Shown: positions 33,113 to 42,277 of the stretch, piece after piece
Layout of the letters: each line of letters begins with the position of its first letter
Numbering within the stretch: the stretch's first letter is position 1
Assembly: GCA_965261975.1 (NCBI GenBank)
Contig: CBDHEC010000003.1
Location: 1 to 64,000 of the forward strand
Reading direction: 5' to 3'
Source of the DNA: Alphaproteobacteria bacterium
GTDB lineage: Bacteria > Pseudomonadota > Alphaproteobacteria > UBA6615
DNA: 64,000 bases
The notes under the pieces: generated by a model
Databases searched by the model: none
What the model was told of the DNA's origin: nothing
What the model saw: the letters and a program-made list of their open reading frames with translations, nothing else
Made by a program: the position numbers and the translations under genes

Positions 33113-34438
33113 ATGCCGAAAAAATCTGACCGGGATTTCATCAACGCCCTCAACCGGCGGATGTTCATCAAATACACCACCAGCGCCGCGGCGGTCGCCG
33201 CAACGACAGGGCTGGCGGCTCCGGCCGTTCACGCTCAAGCGCGGCCGGTAAAGATCGGTTTTGTCAGCCCGCAGACCGGACCGCTGGCACCCTTCGGTGA
33301 AGCCGATCGCTTCGTGCTGGCCGACGTCAACAAGGCGCTCGCCGGCGGCATCCAGATCGGCAAGAAAACCCACCCGGTCGAGATCATCGCGCGGGATTCC
33401 CAGTCCAACCCGAACCGCGCCGCCGAGGTAGCCGCGGAGCTGATCCTCGAGGACGAGGTCAACATGATGATCGGTTCGTCCACCGGCGACACGGTCAACC
33501 CGGTGTCGGACCAGTGCGAGGCGAACGAGATTCCCTGTGTCACGTCGGACACGCCTTGGCAGATCGTCTATTTCGGGCGCGGCGCCACGCCGGACCAGGG
33601 CTTCAAATGGACCTATCACTTTTTCTGGGGCATCGACGACATGCTCGGCGTGTTCATGAGCATGTGGAACCAGCTCGACACGAACCGGAAGATCGGCAGC
33701 CTGATGATCAACGACGCCGATGGCGTCGTCGGCGGCGACCCCAAGCGCGGCTTCCGGCCGCCGATGGAGGGCGCAGGCTTCGAGTACAACCAGCCGCCGC
33801 TCTACCCGCCCGGGACCAGTGACTTCACCGCCCAGATCAACCAGTTCAAGTCGGACGGCGTGGAAATTCTCACCGGCATCTCGATCCCGCCGGACTTCTC
33901 GACCTTCTGGACCCAGGCCGCGCAGCAGGGCCTGACCCGGCAGCTCAAGGCCGCGACCATGGCCAAGGCGGCGCTCTTCCCGCCCGCCATCGAGGCGCTG
34001 GGCGAGCGCGGCGACGGGCTGACGGCGGAAGTCTGGTGGTCGCCGTCCCATCCCTTCCGATCGGGCCTGACAGGCCAGTCCTCGGCCCAGTATGCGGCCG
34101 CCTACACCGCCGCGACCGGCCGCCAGTGGACCCAGCCCCTGGGCTTCAAGCATGCCAATATCGAAGTTGCGATCGACGTGCTCAAGCGCTGCGGCGACCC
34201 GGGCGACCCCGAGGCGATCCTGAACGCGATCGAGAACACCAACTACGAATCCATCGTCGGGCCGATCTCGTGGAAGTTCGACGACCGGCGCAACCCGGTG
34301 AAGAATGCCTGCCGCACGCCGCTGGTCGGCGGCCAGTGGAAGGCCCAGGCCGACAAGAACAAGTACGACCTGGTGATCGTCGACAATGCACAGGCCCCCA
34401 ACATCCCGCTCGGTGGGGACCTGCAGCCGCTCAGCTAG
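33113..34438 (+). CDS. Tat-exported branched-chain-type ABC substrate-binding protein
   Basis: NRRMFIK Tat motif; KIGFVSPQTGPLA, DSQSNP. Confidence 0.9.
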   Translation: MPKKSDRDFINALNRRMFIKYTTSAAAVAATTGLAAPAVHAQARPVKIGFVSPQTGPLAPFGEADRFVLADVNKALAGGIQIGKKTHPVEIIARDSQSNPNRAAEVAAELILEDEVNMMIGSSTGDTVNPVSDQCEANEIPCVTSDTPWQIVYFGRGATPDQGFKWTYHFFWGIDDMLGVFMSMWNQLDTNRKIGSLMINDADGVVGGDPKRGFRPPMEGAGFEYNQPPLYPPGTSDFTAQINQFKSDGVEILTGISIPPDFSTFWTQAAQQGLTRQLKAATMAKAALFPPAIEALGERGDGLTAEVWWSPSHPFRSGLTGQSSAQYAAAYTAATGRQWTQPLGFKHANIEVAIDVLKRCGDPGDPEAILNAIENTNYESIVGPISWKFDDRRNPVKNACRTPLVGGQWKAQADKNKYDLVIVDNAQAPNIPLGGDLQPLS

Positions 34439-34525
34439 CCTGGCGGTACATATATTTCGCGTCGACGGCGGGCGCGCGCGATGCGTGCCCGCCGTTCGTA
34501 CACCGCCTCACAGGCCGGACCCTTC

Positions 34526-35251
34526 ATGCCCGCGATCCTCAGCATCGAGAATTTGTCGAAGAGCTTCGGTTCGCTACGCGTCACCGACGCCTTCGATGCC
34601 GAGCTGAACGAAGGTGAGGCGCTTGGCATCATCGGGCCGAACGGGGCTGGCAAAAGCACCCTCTTCAATCTGATCACCGGCGGCCTTAGCCCCGACGGCG
34701 GCCGGATCACCTTCGACGGCGCCGACATCACCCGAATGCCCGCTCATGAGCGTTGCCGGGCCGGCATCGGGCGCTCCTATCAGATTCCGCATCCATTCGG
34801 TGGCATGACGGTGTTCGAGAATCTGCTGGTCGGCGCGGCGTTCGGCGGCAAACGCAAGGAAGCCGAGTCCCACGGGCCTTGCGTGGAGATTCTCGATCTC
34901 ACCGGCCTGCGCGGCAAGGCCAACACGCTTGCTGGCTCGCTCACCCTGCTCGAACGCAAGCGGCTCGAGATGGCGCGGGCGCTCGCAACCGACCCCAAGC
35001 TCCTGCTGCTCGACGAGATCGCCGGCGGCCTGACGGATCACGAGGTGCGCGAACTCGTCGAGACGATCAAGAACATCCATGCCAGCGGCGTCTCGATCAT
35101 CTGGATCGAGCATATCGTGCACGCGCTCATGTCGGTTGTGGACCGACTGATCGTCATAAACTTCGGCAAGAAGCTCGACGACGGCTACCCCCAAACCGTC
35201 TTCAACAGCCAGGCGGTGCAGGAAATCTACATGGGGATCGATATCGAATGA
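34526..35251 (+). CDS. livG: LivG-like ABC ATPase
   Basis: GPNGAGKST, LLLDEIAGGL, IEH. Confidence 0.88.
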   Translation: MPAILSIENLSKSFGSLRVTDAFDAELNEGEALGIIGPNGAGKSTLFNLITGGLSPDGGRITFDGADITRMPAHERCRAGIGRSYQIPHPFGGMTVFENLLVGAAFGGKRKEAESHGPCVEILDLTGLRGKANTLAGSLTLLERKRLEMARALATDPKLLLLDEIAGGLTDHEVRELVETIKNIHASGVSIIWIEHIVHALMSVVDRLIVINFGKKLDDGYPQTVFNSQAVQEIYMGIDIE

Positions 35252-35947
35252 ACCTGCTGGAGATCCGCAACCTCGATTCCTTTTACGGTGACTTCCAGGC
35301 CCTTTTCGGCATCGACTTCGAGCTGGACGAAGGCGAGACCGTCGCCATCATCGGCGCGAACGGCGCCGGCAAATCGACCTTTCTGCGCGCACTGACCGGG
35401 CTCGTCGCCTCGTCGTCCGAGGCGCTCGTCTACCGGAATGCATCGATCGCCGGCCGCGCCGCCTCGGAAATCGTCGGCCTGGGCATCGCCATGGTGCCCG
35501 AGGGTCGGCGCCTCTTCCGCAGCCTGAGCGTCGAAGAAAACCTTCAGATGGGCAGCTATCTGGGACGCCCGGGGCGGCTGGACGCTGGAACGCATCTACG
35601 AGCTATTCCCGGTGCTCGCCCAGCGGCGAAACGTGCCGGGCACGTCGCTGAGCGGCGGCGAACAGCAGATGACCGCCATCGGACGGGCGCTGATGTCCAA
35701 TCCCGACCTGCTGCTGTTCGACGAGTTGTCCCTCGGCCTCGCCCCCATCGTCATCCGCGACATCTACGCAAGCCTCGCCGCGATCAAGGACGACGACACC
35801 TCGCTGATCGTGGTCGAGCAGGACATCAACCAGGCGCTCGCCGTCGCCGACCGGGTCTACTGTTTCCAGGAGGGTCGGGTGTCGCTGAGCGGCGCGCCGG
35901 GCGATCTCTCCCGCGAACAAATCGCCAACGCGTATTTTGGACACTGA
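35248..35947 (+). CDS. livF: LivF-like ABC ATPase (+1 frameshift at G-run 35571-35574)
   Basis: GANGAGKST...VPEGRR, then WTLERIYELFP...LSGGEQQM in the next frame. Confidence 0.88.
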
Positions 35948-35952
35948 CGATC

Positions 35953-36825
35953 ATGATGGAATGGGCCAACACGATCATCCAGGGCGTCCTCACGGGCGGG
36001 CTTTACGCCATGTTCGCCGCGGGGCTGGCGATCATCTTCGGCGTCATGCGACTGGTTAACATCGCCCATGGCGACCTGATCGTGCTCGCTGCATTCGTCG
36101 CCATGGTGGTGATCGAAACGGCCGGCGTGAACCCGTTCTTCAGCCTGCTGGCCGTGCTGCCGGTCATGTTCGTGATCGGCTACCTCCTGCAGCGCGGCAT
36201 CCTGAACTTCACGCTGGGCGACGACCTGCTACCCCCGCTGCTGGTGACCTTCGGTATCTCGATCATCCTGCAGAACCTGATGCTTGAAATCTTCTCGGCG
36301 GACACCCGGCGCCTGCAGGCCGGACCGATCGAAGTCCAGAGTATCGCACTTGCCGAGGGGCTGGAGATCGGGGTCCTGCCGCTGATCGTGTTCGTCGTCG
36401 CGGTGGCGATGATCGGCGCGGTGCAACTGCTGTTCACGCGCACGAAAATCGGCCGCGCGTTCCGCGCCACCTCCGACGACCCGGATACCGCCCAGCTGAT
36501 GGGCGTCAATCACCGCTATATCTTTGCGCTCGCCATGGCGCTGTCGCTTGTACTGGTCGGGATCGCGGGCATGTTCATGGGCATCCGCACCAACTTCGAC
36601 CCCTCCATCGGTCCCTCGCGCCTGTTGTTCGCCTTCGAGGCGGTGATCATCGGCGGCCTGGGGTCCATCTGGGGTACGCTCGCCGGCGGCATCATCCTGG
36701 CGGTGGCACAGAATATCGGCGCGAAGATCGACCCGGGCTGGCAGATCCTGGCAGGCCATATTGCCTTCCTTGTGGTGCTGGTAATCCGGCCCAACGGCCT
36801 GTTCCCGAGGACGCGCGATGACTGA
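35953..36825 (+). CDS. livH: LivH-like ABC permease
   Basis: GLAIIFGVMRLVNIAHG, IIGGLGS. Confidence 0.88.
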   Translation: MMEWANTIIQGVLTGGLYAMFAAGLAIIFGVMRLVNIAHGDLIVLAAFVAMVVIETAGVNPFFSLLAVLPVMFVIGYLLQRGILNFTLGDDLLPPLLVTFGISIILQNLMLEIFSADTRRLQAGPIEVQSIALAEGLEIGVLPLIVFVVAVAMIGAVQLLFTRTKIGRAFRATSDDPDTAQLMGVNHRYIFALAMALSLVLVGIAGMFMGIRTNFDPSIGPSRLLFAFEAVIIGGLGSIWGTLAGGIILAVAQNIGAKIDPGWQILAGHIAFLVVLVIRPNGLFPRTRDD

Positions 36826-37844
36826 GCGCGCGCCTGGTTTCTCCGTCCTGCGCTCCACCCGCGCGAGCCGCGCCGGCGCACTCGCCGCCGGGCTGCTGTT
36901 TCTGGTGCTTGTCGCCGGCCCGTATATCTTCGACCGGGCGACGATGCGGCTCATGGTCGAGATCTTCTACTTCCTGGCACTGGCCCAGATGTGGAACCTG
37001 CTGGCGGGCTATGGCGGGCTGGTCTCGGTGGGCCAGCAGGCGTTCGTCGGGCTCGGCGGCTATATGCTGTTCATCCTCGCCATCCAGTTCGGCGTCGGCC
37101 CGCTCTGGACCGTGCCGCTGGCCGGGCTGATCGGCGGCATCGTCGCCCTCCCCGTCGCCTTCCTGGTGTTCCGGCTGCGCGGCCATTACTTCGCCATCGG
37201 CACCTGGGTGGTGGCGGAGGTCTTCCTGCTGGGCTTCGCCCAGATGCAGTCGCTCGGCGGCGGGTCGGGTATGAGCCTGCCAATCTCGGTGGTGAAATCG
37301 ATCGCGCCCAGCCGGGCGGGACGGGACTCGGCCGTTTACTGGATGGCTCTGGGCGTGGCGATCGTCGTGATCGCAGGCGTCTATCTCTTGCTACGCTCGC
37401 GCCACGGGCTGGCGCTCACCGCGATCCGGGATTCCGAGGAAGCCTCGCGCAGCCTCGGCGTCGACAATCTGCGAACCAAACTCCTGGTGTTCGTCATCGC
37501 GGCCTGCGGCACGTCCGCCATCGGCGCACTGATCTACATGACCAAGCTGCGCATCTCGCCCAGCGCAGCCTTCGACATCAACTGGACGACGACGGTCATC
37601 TTCATCGTCGTGATCGGCGGCATCGGCACCATCGAAGGCCCGATCATCGGCACCATCATCTTTTTCCTGCTGCGCGAGCCGTTGGCACAATACGGCAGGC
37701 TGGTACCTGATGCTGCTCGGCGCGATCGCCGTGGTGATCATGCTGAAGGCGCCCCAGGGTGTGTGGGGCCTGATCGCCCAGCGCTACGACCTGCGCTTCT
37801 TCCCTGTCCAACGACGGGTCTACTTCCGGGACGACCCCGACTGA
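36818..37844 (+). CDS. livM: LivM-like ABC permease (+1 frameshift at ~37698)
   Basis: WNLLAGYGGLVSVG, RLRGHYFAI, IGGIGT; removing one G restores SWYLMLLG...APQGVWG. Confidence 0.88.
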
Positions 37845-37951
37845 GCCCGAAGGCCGTCATCACGGTCCATCACCGCGACCATGTTGGCGAACTTGACACC
37901 GGCGAACCGGTCGCCCTATAGGTCCGGTCCCCACTCGGGATCCCCATGGAG

Positions 37952-38026
37952 GGGCGCGTAGCTCAGCGGGAGAGCACTGCCTTCACACGGCAGGGGTCAC
38001 AGGTTCAATCCCTGTCGCGCCCACCA
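37952..38026 (+). tRNA. tRNA-Val(CAC)
   Basis: GGGCGCG/CGCGCCC acceptor stem, CTGCC-TT CAC AC-GGCAG anticodon arm, GGTTCAATCC T-loop, encoded CCA. Confidence 0.97.
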
Positions 38027-38085
38027 TTTTCCTCATTAAAGTCGAAGTTCACGTGACGGTGGGATCGTCTTCGATCGCACGCGCG

Positions 38086-38259
38086 TCAGGACCGGTTGAT
38101 GTCTTCGACCTGGGGACCACGCGAGAGGGGGAGAGTCCCGATGGTGCCGACTGTACCCGGCCCAGATGTCGGCCCTGCCGGGCGATCGAGCGCCTCGTCC
38201 GAGAGGTCGTCGCCGTCGAATTCTGGCTTCACATCCGATTTGGAAATACTTGAGGTCAT
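38086..38259 (-). CDS. Putative RiPP-like precursor peptide Y2 (57 aa; not in ORF track)
   Basis: MTSSISKSDVKPEFDGDDLSDEALDRPAGPTSGPGTVGTIGTLPLSRGPQVEDINRS; AAGGAAAGG RBS; paralog of Y1. Confidence 0.75.
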   Translation of the reverse strand: MTSSISKSDVKPEFDGDDLSDEALDRPAGPTSGPGTVGTIGTLPLSRGPQVEDINRS

Positions 38260-38261
38260 GA

Positions 38262-38381
38262 CTAGAGCCTTTCCTTGGGGTTCGCGTTTGGACAGGCTGA
38301 GCCGGCGCAGGCGGCGGAACCTTTGATGGTAAAGCCGGCCGTTGAGTTAAACGTCCCGCTTCCAACCTTAGAACCGGCGGC
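38262..38381 (-). pseudogene. Leaderless remnant of precursor X2
   Basis: AAGSKVGSGTFNSTAGFTIKGSAACAGSACPNANPKERL*; DNA similar to the X1 core; same stop-TC-ATG spacing to the next gene. Confidence 0.6.
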
Positions 38382-38405
38382 TTAGCCGCCGACTGAGAAA
38401 GCGCG

Positions 38406-38591
38406 TCAGGACTGGGTGATCGTCTCGGACTTTGCACCGGCTGTGCCGATGATAGACCCGATGCAGCCGGTGGCAGACCCGATGGCGGTACCCAACGTGC
38501 CGGGCCCGGCGGAAGGCCCCACGGGGCGATCGAGGGCTTCATCCGACAGTTCGTCGCCGTCGAACTCCAGTTTCGTACTACTTGTGCTCAT
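38406..38591 (-). CDS. Putative RiPP-like precursor peptide Y1 (61 aa)
   Basis: MSTSSTKLEFDGDELSDEALDRPVGPSAGPGTLGTAIGSATGCIGSIIGTAGAKSETITQS; GGAGAAAAGGG RBS. Confidence 0.75.
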   Translation of the reverse strand: MSTSSTKLEFDGDELSDEALDRPVGPSAGPGTLGTAIGSATGCIGSIIGTAGAKSETITQS

Positions 38592-38593
38592 GA

Positions 38594-38935
<342 letters not shown>

Positions 38936-38945
38936 TCGAGCCGGG

Positions 38946-39632
38946 CTAGCGGCGCTCGTATTGCCGGTCGCCGAAATAGTTCTTCAACGTTTCGGCGTCG
39001 GGCTTCTCGGGCTTGCCCATGAGTTTAGTGCCGCGCTGCACGGCCGGGCGTGCGCCGATCTCGTCGAGCCAGCGCTGGACATTCTTGAACTCGGAGATGT
39101 CGAAGCCCCGGCGCTCCCAGGAATAGGTCCAGGCGTAGGTGGCCATGTCGGCGATGGTGTATTCGTCGCCGGCCAGGAACCGGGTCTCGCCCAGGCGGCG
39201 GTCCATCACGCCATACAGGCGCATGCATTCCTTGGTATAGCGCTCGACCGAATAGTCGAAGGTCTCGGGCGCGTAGGTGGTGAAGTGGCTGTACTGGCCG
39301 AACATCGGGCCGATGCCGCCCATCTGGAACATCAGCCACTGGATCACCTGATAGCGCGCGGCCATGTCCTGGGGCAGGAACTTCCCGGTCTTCTCGGCGA
39401 GATACATCATCATCGCGCCGGTCTCGAAGACGACATAGTCCTCGCCGTCGGGACCTTCCGTGTCGACCAGTACCGGGATCTTGTTGTTCGGGCTGAGCTT
39501 CAGGAACTCGGGCTCGAACTGCTCGCCCTTGCCGATGTTCAGCGGGTGCAGCTCGTAGGGAATGCCGAGCTCTTCCATCATGATGTGGAGCTTCTCGCCG
39601 TTGGGCGTCGCCCAGGAGTAGAGGTGGATCAT
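38946..39632 (-). CDS. Glutathione S-transferase, YfcG/YghU-like
   Basis: TPNG, SPNNKIP, FETGA, TIADMA. Confidence 0.92.
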   Translation of the reverse strand: MIHLYSWATPNGEKLHIMMEELGIPYELHPLNIGKGEQFEPEFLKLSPNNKIPVLVDTEGPDGEDYVVFETGAMMMYLAEKTGKFLPQDMAARYQVIQWLMFQMGGIGPMFGQYSHFTTYAPETFDYSVERYTKECMRLYGVMDRRLGETRFLAGDEYTIADMATYAWTYSWERRGFDISEFKNVQRWLDEIGARPAVQRGTKLMGKPEKPDAETLKNYFGDRQYERR

Positions 39633-39644
39633 GGTCTTGGTTTC

Positions 39645-40052
39645 CTAGTTCGGCATTTCATCGAAGTTGGTGACGTCACCTGAAAGATCGGCATAGGCCA
39701 GCGCGCGGGCGCAATAGAAGTTGGCGGTCGGCTGTACGAAGCCCGCATCGTCCATGCTGCCGACCTTCACCACGATGGCGGGACGGCCGGCCGTGGTCGA
39801 GAAGAGCTGCGAGCCGCAGTTCGGGCAGAATTCCTTGGTCTTGGTGTTGCCCGCGTCCGAGACATGCTCGAATTTGCGGGTCTCGCCCTGGGTGACCCGT
39901 ACATCGCCCTCGTCGAACATGATGTTGGTGGCGAAGGCCGCCCCGGTGTTCTTCCGGCAATCGTCGCAATGGCAATTCACCATGCGCCGGGGTTCACCGG
40001 AGATCTCGTAACGAATAGCACCACACAAACAGCCACCCGACACCTGCACCAT
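39645..40052 (-). CDS. GFA family Zn-binding protein
   Basis: GGCLCG, CHCDDCRK, FCPNCGS. Confidence 0.92.
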   Translation of the reverse strand: MVQVSGGCLCGAIRYEISGEPRRMVNCHCDDCRKNTGAAFATNIMFDEGDVRVTQGETRKFEHVSDAGNTKTKEFCPNCGSQLFSTTAGRPAIVVKVGSMDDAGFVQPTANFYCARALAYADLSGDVTNFDEMPN

Positions 40053-40235
40053 CGTTGTTTCTCCTGAGTAGGCTTCGCGATTCGAACAACTGGCCGCCTG
40101 CGCGGGAGGGTTGATCGATGGCCACAACTATGTCCCGACAACCATGCAACAGGTCAACAGCGGCACGGAGAACAAATCTTGTTGCCGCAAGGATCGAGCA
40201 GATTGCCGCAACGGGCCCGGGCGCCTGTGCCGCCC

Positions 40236-41168
40236 CTACCCCCCGAAGCGCGGCTCCGGGACGCCCTGGATGCCGAGCCCGGTGATCTTGAACAACGAGC
40301 CCGCGCCGAACTGGGGCTTGGTCTCGACCACGAAGGTGTCGTGGTGGGCCGCCCCCGGATGGTCGATCCGGGCCATGGTCGTGACGTATATCTCGTCGAG
40401 ATTGTCGCCGCCGAACATGACGCTGGTGACGTTGCGCACCGGCATGCCGATCCGGCGCTCTTCCTGCCCGTCCGGCGTGCGACGCACCACCTCACCGGTC
40501 CGGATCTCCGCGGTCCACACGCAGCCCTCGGCATCGACTGTCGAGCCGTCGCAGATGGCATCGCTTTCCTTCGTCGAGGCGAACTCCCGCTGGTTGGACA
40601 GCGCACCGGTCTCGATGTCGTAGTCATAGGCCCACATGGTGTCCTGGAAGGAACAGGTCACATAGAAGGTCTTGTCGTCGGGCGACCAGCTCGGGCCGTT
40701 GGTGCAGATGATGCCGCCGCCGATCCGGGCGACGGATAAATCCGGGTCGAGCCGCCACAGGCCGCAGATGGCCAACTCCTCCTCGTCATCCATGCCGCCG
40801 GCGATGAACCGGCCGCGCCGATCGACCTTGCCGTCGTTCAGTCGGGTGCGCGGCTGGTCGTCCTCGATCTTGTGGATCAGGTCGAGCGCTTCAGAGTCGA
40901 AGTCGTAGAAATAGAAACCGTCATCCACGGCCATGACGAGGCCGCCATCCTTGCGGATCGCGAGCGCGCCGATGTCGTGATCGGGAATGGACCGCGTCTC
41001 GACCGCACCCGAGCGCGGATCGAGGCGGAAGACATTGTCCTTGCCCTTGCGCCGCCCGGTGCCATCGACCCAGTAGAACAGGCCGGTCTCGACATCCCAG
41101 AGCGGGCTCTCACCCAGGTAATTCTCGCAATCAACGATGCACTCGATCTTGTAAGTCATGGCTTTCAC
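40236..41168 (-). CDS. SMP-30/gluconolactonase family protein
   Basis: LGESPLWD, RLNDGKVD, NGPSWSPD, DGSTVDAEG. Confidence 0.92.
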   Translation of the reverse strand: MKAMTYKIECIVDCENYLGESPLWDVETGLFYWVDGTGRRKGKDNVFRLDPRSGAVETRSIPDHDIGALAIRKDGGLVMAVDDGFYFYDFDSEALDLIHKIEDDQPRTRLNDGKVDRRGRFIAGGMDDEEELAICGLWRLDPDLSVARIGGGIICTNGPSWSPDDKTFYVTCSFQDTMWAYDYDIETGALSNQREFASTKESDAICDGSTVDAEGCVWTAEIRTGEVVRRTPDGQEERRIGMPVRNVTSVMFGGDNLDEIYVTTMARIDHPGAAHHDTFVVETKPQFGAGSLFKITGLGIQGVPEPRFGG

Positions 41169-41308
41169 ATTCCAGTCTCAGTAACGCGCTTGATCCATTC
41201 TAACCCATGTCGACACAGGGGTATCCAACGATGCGCCGTATTGCCGACGCAGTAAGGGGCCCCTAGAGTGAACTCGATCCACACGGCCCACTCGTCCGGA
41301 AGTTAAGT

Positions 41309-42193
41309 ATGTTTGCCAATATCGCGTTGTTGCTGGCCCTGTCGCTGACCTGGGCCTCGGGGTATGTGCTGATCCAGCGGGTCGATCTCGTCCTCGCACC
41401 GATCACGGCCACCGCCGCGCTCACGATTGTCGCGACACTATTCCTCTGGGTCGGCGTGCGCGTCGTCCTGCGCAAACCCCTCTGGCCAACCCTGAAACAA
41501 AACCCGATGGCGCCGCTCATCATGGCGGCCACAGCCGTCGGACTGCCACAACTCTCGACGGTCGTCGCGGAAGACATGATTTCACCGGGTCTGGCTACCG
41601 TAACCGGCACGACTGTGCCGATCCTGACCTACCTGACGGCCATGTTCATCCTGAAGAGCGTGCCGCGACGCCTGTCGAGCCTGCTGGGCGTCGCGATCGC
41701 CGTGACGGGAATGGTCATTTTCGCCGATCCGGCCGCGCTGATGCATGAGCATGCCGAGCTTAAGGGCATCGCCATCATGGTGGCCGGGGGCGTGGTTTTC
41801 GTCATCAACGGCCTGTATGCCGCCCAACGCACCAATGAACTCGACCAGTATGTTCTGACCGTCTGGATCATGGGCTTTGCCGCCGCGGGATTGACGGTCA
41901 CCGCCCTGATTGTCGAGGGGGTACCGTCGGCGGTACCGCCGGGCCGGGCCCTTGTCTCTATCGCTGCGGCCGGGGCCGTTCCGATCGGGCTGGCCTACCT
42001 GCTTTACTACCGCCTCCTGGCGCAGGCCGGCGCCAGCTTCACCTCGCTCTATGCCTTTCTGGTGCCGCCGCTCGGTATCGCCTGCGCGGCTCTGTTCGCC
42101 GACGGATCGCTCGATCTGCGTCACCTGGGCGGTGTCGTCATCGTGCTGGCGGGGCTCTGGCTGGTTCTTCGGCCGGGTGCCAAGACGACCTGA
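41309..42193 (+). CDS. DMT/EamA family transporter
   Basis: About 10 TM helices; LAYLLYYRL motif. Confidence 0.85.
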   Translation: MFANIALLLALSLTWASGYVLIQRVDLVLAPITATAALTIVATLFLWVGVRVVLRKPLWPTLKQNPMAPLIMAATAVGLPQLSTVVAEDMISPGLATVTGTTVPILTYLTAMFILKSVPRRLSSLLGVAIAVTGMVIFADPAALMHEHAELKGIAIMVAGGVVFVINGLYAAQRTNELDQYVLTVWIMGFAAAGLTVTALIVEGVPSAVPPGRALVSIAAAGAVPIGLAYLLYYRLLAQAGASFTSLYAFLVPPLGIACAALFADGSLDLRHLGGVVIVLAGLWLVLRPGAKTT

Positions 42194-42277
42194 CGTTTGG
42201 GTCAGGCAAAGCTGGCCGGATCACAAATCGATCCCTAGGCTGGGACCATGAGGGTATTCGATCGGGGGGTCGAGAAT

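Noticed and set aside
37952-38100. Intact genomic island at tRNA-Val
   Set aside because: No integrase and no duplicated tRNA 3' end found downstream in the window.
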